A stretch of DNA of 64,000 bases, taken from contig CM059432.1 of NCBI GenBank assembly GCA_030390025.1, positions 72,108,001 to 72,172,000 on the forward strand, in the 5' to 3' direction. The stretch comes from Squalus acanthias. Its lineage: Eukaryota. Shown here one piece after another: positions 1-12,575 of this stretch (the stretch's first letter is position 1; each line of letters starts with the position of its first letter). The position numbers were made by a program, and so were the translations under genes. The notes beneath the pieces are model-generated. The model did no database searches. It worked only from the letters and a program-made list of their open reading frames with translations, and was not told the DNA's origin.

Positions 1-761
1 TAACTAGTGTTTGCTTTGCTGGTGGGGCAGCTGCACACCCAACAATCCTGAGAAAGGGGTGCTGCAGCATCAATGAACCTCCCCATTAAGTAGTAGAAAA
101 AGCCTGTGGCAATCATGACTTGCAATTAAACTGCCCCCGATATTCATCCAGCTTTTCAGTGTAATGCCAATCAGCTTGAGTTTTTAAACCAGAATCATGA
201 CTGCAATCATGTTAATGAGGCATCAGCATGACTATTGCGTACAGCCTAAATGATTTTCAGGTGGCGCAGCTTAACCTTTTTTAGTCTAAACACTGCCCAT
301 TTGTTGGCTATAACGAATTTCTTGCCCATATATTTTACTGGAAGAACATTGACTACAGAAATTAGGCAATTCTGAATGTGTAACACATTTCTCTTAACTT
401 CAATGATATCGATACCATAAATTGTAAACTGTATAGGCCCGTGAATGCAGTACATTAGGAAAAAATGAATTTCATAACAGCTAACTGGATCTAGCAAAAC
501 AACACTTGTTCAAAACATACCACTGTAAGAGCTTGTACAGATTATTTTCGAATTGTCGCAAAAAAATTTCTCCAGGTACCCCATGACTTAATTGGTAATG
601 CATTATATGGGGTGGTACTGAGGCACATAAATCAGTAGGATCTAGAGTTGCCAACCCTCCTGGATTGTGCAGGAGTCTCCTGGAATGGAAAATTGATCTT
701 CCGGGTACTGTTGCTAGCAACCCAGAAGAAGCATCAGCGATTCGCGCCTGCACAACTGTAT

Positions 762-1292
762 GGGGGAAAAATTGGGTTGGTTTGCACCTCTCGCTAGTGC
801 CCACAGGGGGTGCTAATGGGGCGCAAATCCCCTAGCGCCTGGGCATGGCGTTGCTAACACCTCCTGACAAATTCAGCGGGAGGTTAGCGGCGGCGGTAGC
901 CAGTAGCACCCCGTGCCACTGCGCCGCTGGTGATGACGTCATTGCCATGTGCAGCGCCCCACTCACGCCCCGGCTGCAAACTTCCCTTGCGCCTCCTGAC
1001 CTATCGCCGGACGATATGTGCACCAGGATCAGGGGGCGGTTTGGCAGCAGCAGCGGTGCAAGTTAAAGGGAAGGTGTCAGGCGGCCATTTTTATTTTGGC
1101 CGACTGCCAGCACCTGCCCCCTTTCGCTTTGTATGCGGGGTGCAGACTGCGAGTGCTTTCCAGTAGCGCCCCACCTCCTGCTTGGGGCGCTACTACTGAA
1201 TTTACGGCGGAGGGCTAACTTTGTCAGGGCGCTAAAATTGGCGCCCCGGCGACGTTAGCGCCCCAAAATGGGCACCCCCCAATTTTTCCCCC
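762..1292. mobile_element. Non-autonomous PIF/Harbinger element (MITE)
   Basis: TIRs gggggaaaaattggg / cccaatttttccccc flanked by a 3-bp TSD (TAT 759-761, TAT 1293-1295). The left terminus resembles the reverse complement of the end of the transposase-bearing Harbinger at 46440-46501. Confidence 0.85.
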
Positions 1293-3324
1293 TATATGTC
1301 TTGCATGAGAGCTGCTGCCGCAAATGTTGAACCCCTTCCCGCTTACGCCCCCACCATCATACCTGGAACCTGCCTCCCTGATGCTCGAGGCTCCACCTGC
1401 AACTCTCTGTCTTTGGCTGCCAGATATTCGCTGGCTAACATTTTAATAAAGTCTGGAATTTCCTGGTAGTTCCGCCCCGTCGCCATAACTACATTACAGG
1501 TGAGGTCCAGCCACACATCCAGTGAAGTACCGTGGCGGACAGAGCAGGACAAGCTAACCATGAGGATATTCCTATTCAACTGTGTTCAAAAGTGCGCCCT
1601 GCAATTTCTGCAATTGGTAAGCAAAATTACTGAGAAATGTCTGTGGGCTCATTATCCTCTACATTATGTAAGGTCTGCCGATCATGGATTGTGTACTGCT
1701 CATTCTTGTTTTTAAATGAATACTCTAAGGTACCGAGCAAATGTTTTCAATACTCCATTACCCTCTCCATCCTGAAAAGTTGGAAAACATGCAACTTTGA
1801 TTTACACTACATATTTGCATTTCACAACAGCATTTTAAAAGGTGTGTTGTAAGTTACGGGTATCTGGATATAGGGTTGCCAACCCACCCAAATTGCCTGG
1901 GTGTCTCTCAGAATGGAAGATGACCGGATGACTTTTCTCCTTTGAGTGCTGCCAACCTTTTGGGTACCTACTCTTTATCTATTTTTTATCCTATTCAATT
2001 TCTCTACCACCTCTTCCTTTAGTATGGCATTTCGTCCTTCTCGCTGGATCAGCCTCCACAGTTGCCCAACCCTTCTGTCAGGTAATTGTTGCGAGGACCC
2101 CCCTTTCCTCACCCCTTCACATCACCGTCCTTGGAAGGAGATGGGGAGGCTCCACCCCTTGCATGGCCTATTAGAAACTCCCAGTCCCTGCTCCAACCTG
2201 CTGTATCTGGTTTCCAGCCTACTTTGCTTCCCTTCCAATACACTCCCACCGAAGGCTTTGGTCTGGATCTCTGGTAGTATCAGGACCTGGTGTGCATTCC
2301 TCATTTGGATGGGGGGGGGGGCAGGTGGGGTGGTAGCAGCGGTAAACCATAAATGGGAGCTGGGGGCTGTTTACTGAGTGTGCACTCTACTTATTCCTTT
2401 CTCTGACATTGTTCCCATGGAGATCAATGATCCCGTGTTCTGTTCCCCTCATAGAGAACAGTCAGCAGCAAATCAGCAAACTCATCAATAGATTGTAAAG
2501 GACAGATGATTCAGCAATTCACAGCTCCCCTCTCCCACACATTACTGCAAACAATAACCTATGACCCCAGCATGCTTTGCCCTACCCACAAGTCCTGTCT
2601 ATCTAGTCTGGGATGGAACTGAATAAAGGCCCAATAATTGAATAGTGCGGGGAAACAAATTCTATGTCTCTTTACTTTAATTTCAATCCCTCTGTTATGT
2701 ACCAGTCAGCTAGAAATGTGGTACCATAGCACCGATTTTTCGGCGCTAAGGGTGCCATTTTGTGTCAAAAATGGTGTCCGTGCTGTGTGCGCGCACTTGT
2801 CATGCAGGCCGCGCTGGATGCCATATTGGTGAGGGCGGTAGAGCGGGCGTTAGGAGCGTGCACTGCAAGTATGTAGAGTGGGAAGATTGTAACGTCAATC
2901 AGTGTGCAATTATGATTTGACGCCAGCGCTGCCATTTTCATCCTTAACGCTGGAGCTAATGCCCTGTCTTAACCTTGTACTCCCCTCACCAGCAATATTT
3001 AAAGGCAGCGGCGAGAGGTGTGGACCTGGGATAAAAGGGCGAGAGCGGTGGTGGCGGCGGCGCTATAAAGAGAGAGACAGCACAAGGAACCTTCAAAACA
3101 GAAAAAAAATCAAGGAGTGACATCACAGGGCAGCAAGTAGGTGATTGGTTGGTGAGTATTACAGTTTTTTTAGCCTCTAAGTGGGTTAAACTCAGAGCTA
3201 GGAAACTGTAACTTACTATTACTTTACTTTACTGAATTAGAAATTTAAACTAGATAAACCAATTAATTAATAGAACTAAAATAATTGATTGAAAAAAATA
3301 ATAACTAATCAAATGAATGAAGAG

Positions 3325-4280
3325 ATGGCAGGGCAGGTGGTGTGTCGTAACTGCAGCATGTGGGAGTTTGTGGAGACTAGCGAGATCCTCAGCATCCACA
3401 TCTGCGGTAAGTGTCTGCAGCTTGAGGATTCGGCTCAGAGTTGTTGAGCTGGAGTCCAAGGTGCAGACATTGCGGGGCATCAGGGAGGGGGAGAGTTACC
3501 TGCACACTTTGTTCCAGGAGGCAGTCACACCCCTTAGATTAAGTAGTACTTTAGAGTTCATTAATGGTCAGGGACAGGAGGGTGTGATCGTGAGTCAGGA
3601 AGGTATGGGGACCCAGGATGTAGTGATGGAGAAGCCTCAGCCCTTGATTTTGACCAACAGGTATGAGATACTTGCTTCCTGTGGGGATGAGAACAAGGAC
3701 TGCAGGGTGGATGAGCAAACTGACCATGGCACCATGGTGCAGGACGCCATTCAAGTGAGGGAAGCGAAAAGGAATGTGGTAGTGGTAGGTGATAGTATAG
3801 TCAGAGGGATAGGTACTGTTCTCTGCAGCCGCGACAGGGAGTACCGAAGGCTGTGTTGCCTGCCCGGTACCAGGGTTAAGGATATCTCCTCACGGCTGGA
3901 GAAGAACTTGGAGTGGGAGGGGGAGGATCCAGTTGTCGTGGTCCATGTAGGAACAAACGACATAGGTAGAACTAGGAATGAGGTTCTGCTAAGAGAGTTT
4001 GAGGAGCTAGGGTCGGAATTAAAACGCAGAACCTCACCGGTAATAATCTCTGGATCGTTACCTGAGCCATGCACAAATTGGCATAGGACAAATAGATTAG
4101 AAGGTTAAATGCATGGCTCAAAGAGTGGTGTGGAAGGCAGGGGTTTCAATTCATGGGGCACAGGCACCAGTACTGGGGAAAGAGGGAGTTGTTCCGTGGG
4201 GACAGGCTCCACTTAAACTGAGTTGGGACCAGTTTCCTGGCGAATCGAATAACTAGGGTAGTAGATGGGGCTTTAAACTA
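3325..4280 (+). pseudogene. CR1 ORF1 (C4 zinc finger + SGNH esterase), frameshifted
   Basis: MAGQVVCRNC...ICGKC in one frame; VVVGDSIVRG, CCLPG and VVHVGTNDI (SGNH blocks) in ORF 3317-4108; frameshifts at both ends. Confidence 0.85.
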
Positions 4281-4459
4281 ATGAAGGGGGGGTGGGAGGA
4301 TTCAGGAAAGGGTAAATTCAAAAGCAGTAAGAGAAATGTCAAGGCTGTAGAGCAGAGAAGTGATCAAGATAAGCAGAGTGGGTCAGGAAGGGACAAAAAG
4401 ATTAATAAAGGTAATAGGGCATTCGTGACTAAAGTGACATCAGGGAATAATAGAAAAAA

Positions 4460-7158
4460 GTTAAAGCTACAGGTACTATATCTGAATGCACGAAGCATTC
4501 GCAACAAAATAGATGAATTAATAGCACAGATAGAAATAAATGGGTTTGATTTAATAGCCATTACAGAGACGTGGTTGCAGAGTGACCAAAGTTGGGAACT
4601 AAATATTCCAGGATACTTGATTTTTAGAAGAGACAGGCAGAATGCAAAAGGAGGAGGGGTAGCCCTGATAATAAAGGAGTGAATAAAGACAGTGGAGAGA
4701 AAGGATCTTGGCTCGGAAAAACAAAATGTAGAATCAGTTTGGGTGGAGCTAAGAAACAACAAGGGGCAGAAAACACTAGTCGGAGTACTCTATAAGCCCC
4801 CTAACAGTGGTTGTAGTGTCAGGCAGACTATAAATCAGGAAATTAGAGATGCATGTAACAAGGGTAATATAGTAATCATGGGTGACTTTAACTTTCATAT
4901 AGACTGGGCAAGCCAATTTTGCAGAAATAGTGCAGAGGAAGAGTTCATGGAATGCATTCAAGATAGTTTTCTAGATCAGTATGTCAAGGAACCTACGAGA
5001 GAATTGGTTATTTTAGATCTAGTGCTGTGCAATGAGACAGGGTAAATTAATAACATTGTAGTAAAGGAGCCTCTGGGGAGCAGTGATCATAATATGATAG
5101 AATTTTATGTTGTGTTTGAGAGTGATTTAGTTAAGTACGAAACTAGGGTCTGGAACCTGAACAAAGCAAACTATGTAGGTGTGAGAGGTGAGTTGGCTAA
5201 GGTAGGTTGGAAAACTAGATTAAAAGATATGACAGTAGAAAAACAATGGCAAACACTTAAAGAAATAATTCATAATTCGCAACGAATATACATTCCCTTA
5301 AGGAATAAAAACATCACAGAAAACAAGAGAAATTAAAGATAGTATTAAATTAAAGGAAGAGGCTTATAATATTGCCAAAAAGAGTAGTAAGCCTGAGGAT
5401 TGGGAGGATTTTAAAATTCAGCAAAGGAGGACCAAGAAATTGATAAAGAAACGGAAAATAGAATATGAGAGTAAACTAGCGAGAGACATAAAAACAGACT
5501 GTAAAAGCTTCTATAGGTATGTAAAAAGGAAAAGATTAGCGGAAGAAAACGTGGGTCCCTTACAGGCTGAGACAGGAGAAATTATAATGGGGAATAAGGA
5601 AATGGCTGGAAATTAAACAAATACTTTGTGTCTGTCTTCACAGAAATAGTGGAGAACCAAGGGTCTAGCGAGAATGAGGAACTGAAAGAAATTAGTATTA
5701 GTAAAAAAAAGTACTGGAGAAATTAATGGGACTAAAAGCCGATAAATCCCCTGGACCTGATGGCCTACATCCTAGGGTTTTGAAAGAGGTGGCTATAGAG
5801 ATAGTGGATGCATTGGTTGTCATTTTCCAAAATTCCATAGATTCTAGAATGGTTCCCGCGGATTGGAAGGTAGCAAATGTAACCCCACTATTTAAGAAAG
5901 GAGGGAGAGCAAAAACAGGGAACTACAGACCAGTTGGCCTGACATCAATAGTAGGGAAAATGCTAGAATCTATTATTAAGGACATGGTAACAGGGCACTT
6001 AGAAAATAATAATAGGATTGGGCAGAGTCAACATGGATTTATGAAAGGGAAATCATGTTTGACGAATCTGTTAGAGTTTTTTGAGGTTGTAACTAGCAGA
6101 ATAGATAAGGGGGAACCAGTGGATGTGGTGTATTTGGATTTTCAGAAGGCATTCGATAAGGTGCCACACAAGAGTTTATTAAACAAAATTAGGGCTCATG
6201 GGATGGGGGTAATATACTAGCATTGATTGAGGATTGGTTAATGGACAGAAAACAGAGAGTAGGAATAAACGGGTCATTTTCGGGTTGGTAGGCTGTAACT
6301 AGTGGGGTACCACAAGGATCAGTGCTTGGGCATCAGCTATTCACAATCTATATCAATGATTTGGATGAGGGGACCAAATGTAATATATCCAAGTTTGCTG
6401 ATGATACAAAGCTAGGTGGAAATGTAAGTTGTGAGGAGGATGCAAAGAGCCTTCAAGGGGATATAGACAGGCTAAGTGAGTGGGCAAGAATATGGCAGAT
6501 GGAATATAATGTGGAGGAATGTGAAGTTATCCACTTTGGTAGGAAAAATAGAAAAGCAGAGTATTTTTTAAATGGTGAGAGATTGGGAAATGTTGGTGTT
6601 CAAAGGGACCTGGGTGTCCTTGTACACGAATCACAGAAAGTTAACATGCAGATACAGCAAGCAATTAGGAAAGTAAATGGTATATTGGCCTTATTACAAG
6701 AGGATTTGTTTATAAGAGTAAAGACGTCTTACTGCAATTGTATAGGGCCCTGGTGAGACCACACCTGGAGTATTGTGTACAGTTTTGGTCTCCTTACCTA
6801 AGGAAGGATATACTTGCCATAGAGGGAGTGCAACAAAGGTTCACCAAACTGATTCCTGGGATGGGGGGATTGTCCTATGAGGAGAGATTGAGTAGACTAG
6901 GTCTATCCAAAAGGGAGGATGTTTCCCCTGGCTGGGGAGTCTAGAACCAGGGGTCACAGTCTCAGAATAAGGGGTCAGCCATTTAGGGCTCAGATGAGGA
7001 GAAATTTCTTCACTCAGAGGGTGGTGAATCGTTGGAATTCTCTATCCCAGAGGGCTATGGAGGCTCAGTCGTTGAGTATATTCAAGACAGAGATCGATAG
7101 ATTTTTTGATATTGAGGGAATCAAGGGATATGGGGATAGTGCAGGAAAGTGGAGTTGA
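4460..7158 (+). pseudogene. CR1 ORF2 (APE endonuclease + reverse transcriptase), multiple stops/frameshifts
   Basis: YLNARSI, AITETW, IMGDFN, KSPGPDG, NYRPV, YLDFQKAFDKV, KFADDTK and RPHLEYCVQFWSP are spread over several broken ORFs. Confidence 0.92.
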
Positions 7159-7432
7159 GGACGAAGATCAGCCATGATCTTATTGAATGGCGGAGCAGTC
7201 TCGAGGGGCTGAATGGCCTACTCCTGCTCCTATTTCTTATGTTCTTATGGATCAGTAACCACTCTAAGGTTAGTTGCTGATTAATTTATACTCGCTCTGT
7301 GTAAGTTTGCGGAAATGTTTGGTGCTTTCCAGAGTTGTTTGAAGTTCGTGAGATGATAGGGAGTGGTGCTGCAAGTGGAGAAGACCTTGGTTCTGACTTC
7401 AAAGGTTCTGGTCAGACCACCTGCTCCCAGTC

Positions 7433-8370
7433 ATGGGTGCTCTAGTTGTCATCCCCCTTGGCTTGCAGCATGACAGGGAGATTGAGCAGAGGCAGCAAAG
7501 AAGAGGACAAGTTGCTCGCAGAGGTAGGAGGAGGAGAGGGAGAAGGACTCTCTGCAGGAGGCCTTGGGTCTTCCAAGAGCAATTTTCTTACCTCAGCCTG
7601 AGCCAGGAACAGTGTGTGAGGCATCTGCACTTTACAAAGGAGGTGCTCACAGAACTCTGCCACCTCTTCCAACCAGACCTGCAGCCTCACACCAGGGCAA
7701 GGATGACTTCACAGTGGCTGTGAAGGTGACTGTGGCCCTGAATTTCCTTGCGTCGGGATCCTTCCAGGCTGGAGCAGGCGACATCTGTAACATCTCCCAG
7801 TTCTCTGCCCACTGCTGCATAAGAGAAGTGACAGATGCTCTTTATGCCAGGAGAGAGGACTTCATTGGTGGAGCGTGCACGCAGGATAGCAGGCTTCCTC
7901 ATGGCACAGGGTGCCATCAACTACACGCATGTGGCTTTGTGGGGGCTGCATTAAAATACTGAGATGTATCACAACCACAAAAGTTACCACTCATTATTGA
8001 ATGTGCAGTTGGTGTGCGACCATGCTCAGCACATCATGATGGTGAATGCCCAGTGACGTAAGAAAACTACTAGGCACTTGGTCTCAGCATTAAACAAAGC
8101 TTTAATCAACTGTTTTTCAACATGGAGGTCTAGTTGTGTCCTTATCTAGTTCCTGTTAAAGAATGTCCTGAGCAAGCTGGGCCCATGCCCGAGTATTTAT
8201 ACTCTCCCTGGACAGCGCCACCAGCAGGCCGCCCATTATTATTTCATAAGTCATTTCCACATGAATGACAAGATTCATGTCACCCAGTATCCTGGCAGCA
8301 GTCATGATGCTATTACTCTGCCGTTCCCTCAGTCTTTGAGCCACCACGACAAACCAGAGGGTGGCTCGGT
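7433..8370 (+). pseudogene. Harbinger (HARBI1-like) DDE transposase remnant
   Basis: CVRHLHFTKEVLTELCHLFQPDL and VAVKVTVALNFLASGSFQ are present. [11 protein letters not shown] is split by a 229-bp insert. The frame is truncated after ~8370. Confidence 0.85.
8054..8282 (-). mobile_element. Solo-LTR-like insertion (229 bp)
   Basis: TG...CA ends with short inverted termini (tgacgtaa / ttcatgtca) and a perfect 5-bp TSD CCCAG (8049-8053, 8283-8287). Minus strand has TATAAATA (8194-8201) upstream of ATTAAA (8101-8106). Confidence 0.7.
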
Positions 8371-8384
8371 GTTGAATTTTTTTT

Positions 8385-8460
8385 TGATAACGCTCCTGTG
8401 AAGCACCTTGGAATGTTTTATTATGTTAAAGGCGCTATATAAATATGTTGTTGTTGTTGT
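8385..8460 (+). mobile_element. L2 LINE 3' tail fragment
   Basis: ctcctgtgaagcaccttgg...aaaggcgctatataaat(gtt)n matches the L2 3' end at 60730-60800. Confidence 0.75.
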
Positions 8461-8465
8461 CTAAC

Positions 8466-9356
8466 CTATCCTCTAAAGTACGTGGGTGTCAGTATCTGAG
8501 CTGGTGGCTGCGAGTGTGATATCAAGTGACGGTGCTGTGTCTTCATCATCAGTGTGCCTTGGTGCTTTTCTATTTCATGTTCCTCCACCAGTGCCTGGCC
8601 AGGTGGCAATTCTTGGCTACTGAAAGGAGAAAGGCACAAGGGTAAGGGTTCTTTCAGCCCTGCCACTGGCCAGGGGCTCAACGACGGCCCTCCCAATATC
8701 ACCAGCACCACCTCCTCCATTGGGGTCAGGTTATGCAGGTGCACCTGTACCGCGCCGGTTAGGTCCTGCTGCCTCCGGTTGTGAGCCACTTTGTCCTGTA
8801 AGAGAAAGGGAAGTGTGTCAGTGAGTCTCATGCAATCTGTTTGGGTGATATGCATGTCATGGTTGAATAGCTGACAGTGTGTGAAAGCTGTGAGATTTGG
8901 GTGTGAGGCTTGCACCAGTGGTAAGTGTGTGAGGGTGAGGTGAAGCTATGAATGTGAGGTATGTGTCGTGTTTGGTAGAGATTGTTGATAGTTGAGTGAT
9001 GGGGGTGTGGTGCATTGAGCAGTATGTGAGGCTAGTGGTGCAGATGGTGGGATATGGCATTTGAAGATTAATTCACTGACCTTGACCACTCGTGTGAGGT
9101 CATTAAATTTCTTTTTGCGCTGCATCCAGGTCCTCAGGGTTATACTGCTGGCATTCACCATGACAGCTATCTGCTCCCAATGCCTTTTGCGCATTTGCCT
9201 GGAGGGCCTCCTGGCCCTCTGCGGAAACAGGACCTCTCCCCTCATGTTCACCTCCTGCATCAAGGCACCCAGTGCTGCATCAGAGAACCTTGGAGCATGC
9301 TCTTCCTCTGTTGTGACATCAGTAGATTTTTTGCTGCTCTGACTCAGCCAGTTCAA
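8466..9356 (-). pseudogene. Harbinger Myb/SANT-like (MSANTD-type) gene remnant, spliced
   Basis: APRFSDAALGALMQEV...VLFP...HWEQIA...RTWMQRKKKFNDL, then a donor AAG|gtcagt (~9080) and an acceptor ttacag|GACAAAGTG (~8797; DKVAHNRRQQDLTG). Confidence 0.8.
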
Positions 9357-12300
9357 TCACCTGCTGCAGGCAAAATGCACCTCCCCTTTAAGAGGTGCAG
9401 ACTCCCATTCAAGAAGTGCAGGTTAGCTTTAATTGGTGCTAGCCTCGCACGAACTTGGGCCCCCTGCTGAGCGTTCAGCCACTCAGCAGTGCGTTCAGTG
9501 CTGGGCTGAACGCCACCAATCAAGTTGATCAGCAGGCAGCACAAAGTAAGCGTGCTGCCTGCATTAATTTGAACGGGCGCGGGTTGATCACATATTGCAA
9601 TCCACATGCCTGTTTTCAGGTGCAAACCAGTTTCTAGCCAAGTGTGTTTAACTCTATCCTGATTGTTTCATTAATTAGTCAGTTTCTCTATGGAGCATTT
9701 GTCTCTGCTGTAAAACCAGCAAGCCTTGGGCTGATGAGGCCCGAGACCCGCCCACAGGCAAATCCCTGTACTATTTGTAAGGGAACTGTGTCTATAAATA
9801 AAGTAGCATGGTGATCCAGCGAGGAATTGCATGGAGTGAGGGGCAGGATCTGTGTCTAAGGTCAGGTGTGAGTGTGAGTGTGTGTGTGTGAGAGAGAGTA
9901 TCAGGAGAGTTCACTCCCAGTCACACAGCAGCAGGACCTGCACTGTTTGAAGATGCAGCGATAGTGACAATGGCACCACAGGTTATTGATTTATTTACAA
10001 TGCATAAAATTATAAATTTACAAATCATGTCGACAGAATGATCAGTTTGGTGCTAAGAAGAAGAGGTGGCGAAGGTTGGTGGCCTGTGTGTTTAGTCATC
10101 AGTCTGATGATGGACAGCAGCAGTTCATTATGCAGCTGTTCCACCAGGTGACCCTCCGGGTGGGTTGCACACATTCTGACTGTTGAAGTAAACATGAAAA
10201 GGCCGCTGCGCGTGATTGCAGCTGCTTCTGCGGGTTCTGGAAGAAGTACTCGCAATCCGTGGTGTATGAGGTGATCCGTTTGCGGATGTCTTGAACCAAC
10301 TGCCATGAAAGGTCTCTTAGGAAGCCCATGTAGCTCCTGGCAGGCTCCTCCTCATACTTCTCAATCAACGAGGAAGCCTCGACAGATCCAATAAGTGGGA
10401 AGACCAACCACAGTGTTGAGCTACAAGACCTGGTGACCTCCTCACTCTTTCCATCCAGGTGCAACAACAAGCGCACCAGGTTGGACTGGCAGAAGGTGGG
10501 TCTGGAACCTCCGATTCCGCACTTCGCCAAGTTCCCCAACATGCTGAATGCTTCAGTCTGCACTTTATTACACTCGGTCTCGAAGAGTGGTTGAATCCTG
10601 GCGAGGATTTTGTCTACAAAGGGTTGGATGGTGTTTGCTCTCAACTGAATTAAATGCTTAGAGAGGCACGACAGCACCTCAAATATTAGCACCTCCTTCT
10701 GGTTCTCCTTGTTCTCCAACAGACTAATTATTGGGCACGTCACCTTCCGAGACCATCTTTCAGTCTTGTGATGTGCTCCAATTGTAACATTGCCCAGGCC
10801 CCTGACACACAGCAACTGGAGAACCGCAGAGCAAATATCTTAGCAATCTGCTCACCAGAGTATCTGTGAGCTGCAGCTCTGAAACCAGTGGAGATTTTAA
10901 CAGCTCTGAAAGAAGGAAGCCACGGTGACTGTCTGACAGTCTTGGACGGTAAGGATCTGAGCTGTCAGCTGTTTCACAACGCCAGTCAGACTGGGGCCAG
11001 CATATTTCACCATTGCTCTGGCCAGCAGGACAACCCCCTTGTCAGACTTGCCGAGATCCATCATCTGGTCCCATCGTCCACCTTCCACCATGTCTTAAGC
11101 ATTGCTTTATTATTTGTCCGAGTTAGCAGGTCCTTTAGTGTCTCCGCACAGTTCACACACACACACACATTACTGCTTTCAGATGTTCGAACCTCACCTG
11201 AGAATTCTCTCTGCTGCGACTGACCATCAGGAACAATACCATTGAACAAACATTAACACAAGACTTGAGGTGAATGAGCAGGGCACTGAATAACTGTGGG
11301 AATAATGTAGTCACCGCCTTTGCCAACTCGGGCTTAGTTATCATCTGGTCTAGCCCATAGATGGCAGCCAGGGATTCAAGGGTCGAATACTGTGTTGCGT
11401 TCTCTCTGACGGGACAGGTTCTGCTGATCCCAAATGGTAACTGTTTGTTCAGTGTGTCCAGCAGCTCTGCCATTGTACACATGGCACATTCTGTGCCCTC
11501 GGACAGGGATCTCAGCACATCACTGACGTACTTGTCCAAAGGGACGTGTAGGTGAGGGGATGAGCACAACTGTTGCAGTGTTGGGTGAGGCCAGTATGGC
11601 GATACGCCATAGCACCGTAAGTTTCACCTCCTCGTAAGGAACTGACTGCAACTGAACCCTCAGCACATCAAGTATCTCTGAGACCTGGTCCCGAAGTTCA
11701 ATGCCACGTCTTTTAATGACCGCTTGCATGAGCACAGCGGCTGCACGGGAACAGCTGGGGTGTTGTTCACACAGTCCTTTGAAAACCATGAAGAGCAAAT
11801 TGCCAAGATGGTCATGGGGCAAACACTTGGAAAAGGCCTCTGTGATCTGACAGCATGTTTGAAAGAGGACTGAAGTGTCAGGGTTTACTAACTGTTCTCT
11901 GACTACTTTCAGTACCTCTAACTGCTCCTTTTGCTGATCCAGATTGGTGCCTTCATACAATAATTGAATGAACAGGATTATGTACAAAGTGTCTTGGGCC
12001 ATCTGTCGAGCTGGAAGCGATGGGTCTGCGCAGCGTGGCATCAGTCGGCCAATCAGTGCCTCCGTGTTATTTCCAGGCACTACATTACCAGCATTGAACT
12101 TCACCAAGTAAAATTTCAGAAGCTCTAAGGTCATGTCCATGGCTCTCTCTCATTCATGAGCTTTTGTTGAAATGAGATCCACTCTTCTCCCTGATTGAAA
12201 ATGGCCTCAAGTCTTTCAGGAGCCACATCCTGAAGTAATATTGGCTTCAGAAGCTCCTGCAGGTTTGGGTATAAAGTCTTTTTTATGTTACCATTTGTGT

Positions 12301-12575
12301 CTTTGTCCTTGTCCAGTTCTGAAGGTACCAAGCTGAAAGTACAGATCAGGCAGCTTTGAATCAATTGGCAGGTGTGAGCTTGGTTTGAATCAGTGTGTAG
12401 CTGCATGAGATGCGAGCAGGCATTCATGCATAACTGTCGAACATGGCTCTGCAGCAGCTCTGGTGGCTCAGCCTCGATACAATCCTATATGTATGTCAGC
12501 AGCTCTCTGTTTCTGATAAAGTTGATGGAAACTCTCTGGCGATTTGAATGTAGGGATCTGGCTATCAGTGTCACG

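Larger units (their letters stand above)
3006..7249 (+). mobile_element. Near full-length CR1 LINE, disabled
   Basis: 5' UTR, ORF1, APE-endonuclease/RT ORF2 and a CR1 3' end (gatcagccatgatcttattgaatggcggagc...ggcctactcctgctcct) ending in (ttcttatg)2. The 5' boundary is approximate. Confidence 0.93.
2707..9640. mobile_element. Decayed autonomous-type PIF/Harbinger transposon, interrupted by a CR1, a solo-LTR-like insert and an L2 tail
   Basis: Degenerate TIRs cagctagaaa / tttctagcca with AGT on both flanks (2704-2706, 9641-9643). Contains convergent transposase (+) and Myb/SANT-like (-) remnants. Confidence 0.75.

Noticed and set aside
1500..1616. Possible 117-bp exon (cag|GTG...TTG|gtaag, open in phase 0)
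   Set aside because: Weak polypyrimidine tract, unrecognised peptide and no partner exons.
9725..9765. CTGATGAG motif suggesting another hammerhead
   Set aside because: No GAAA follows a credible stem II, and there is no closing stem.
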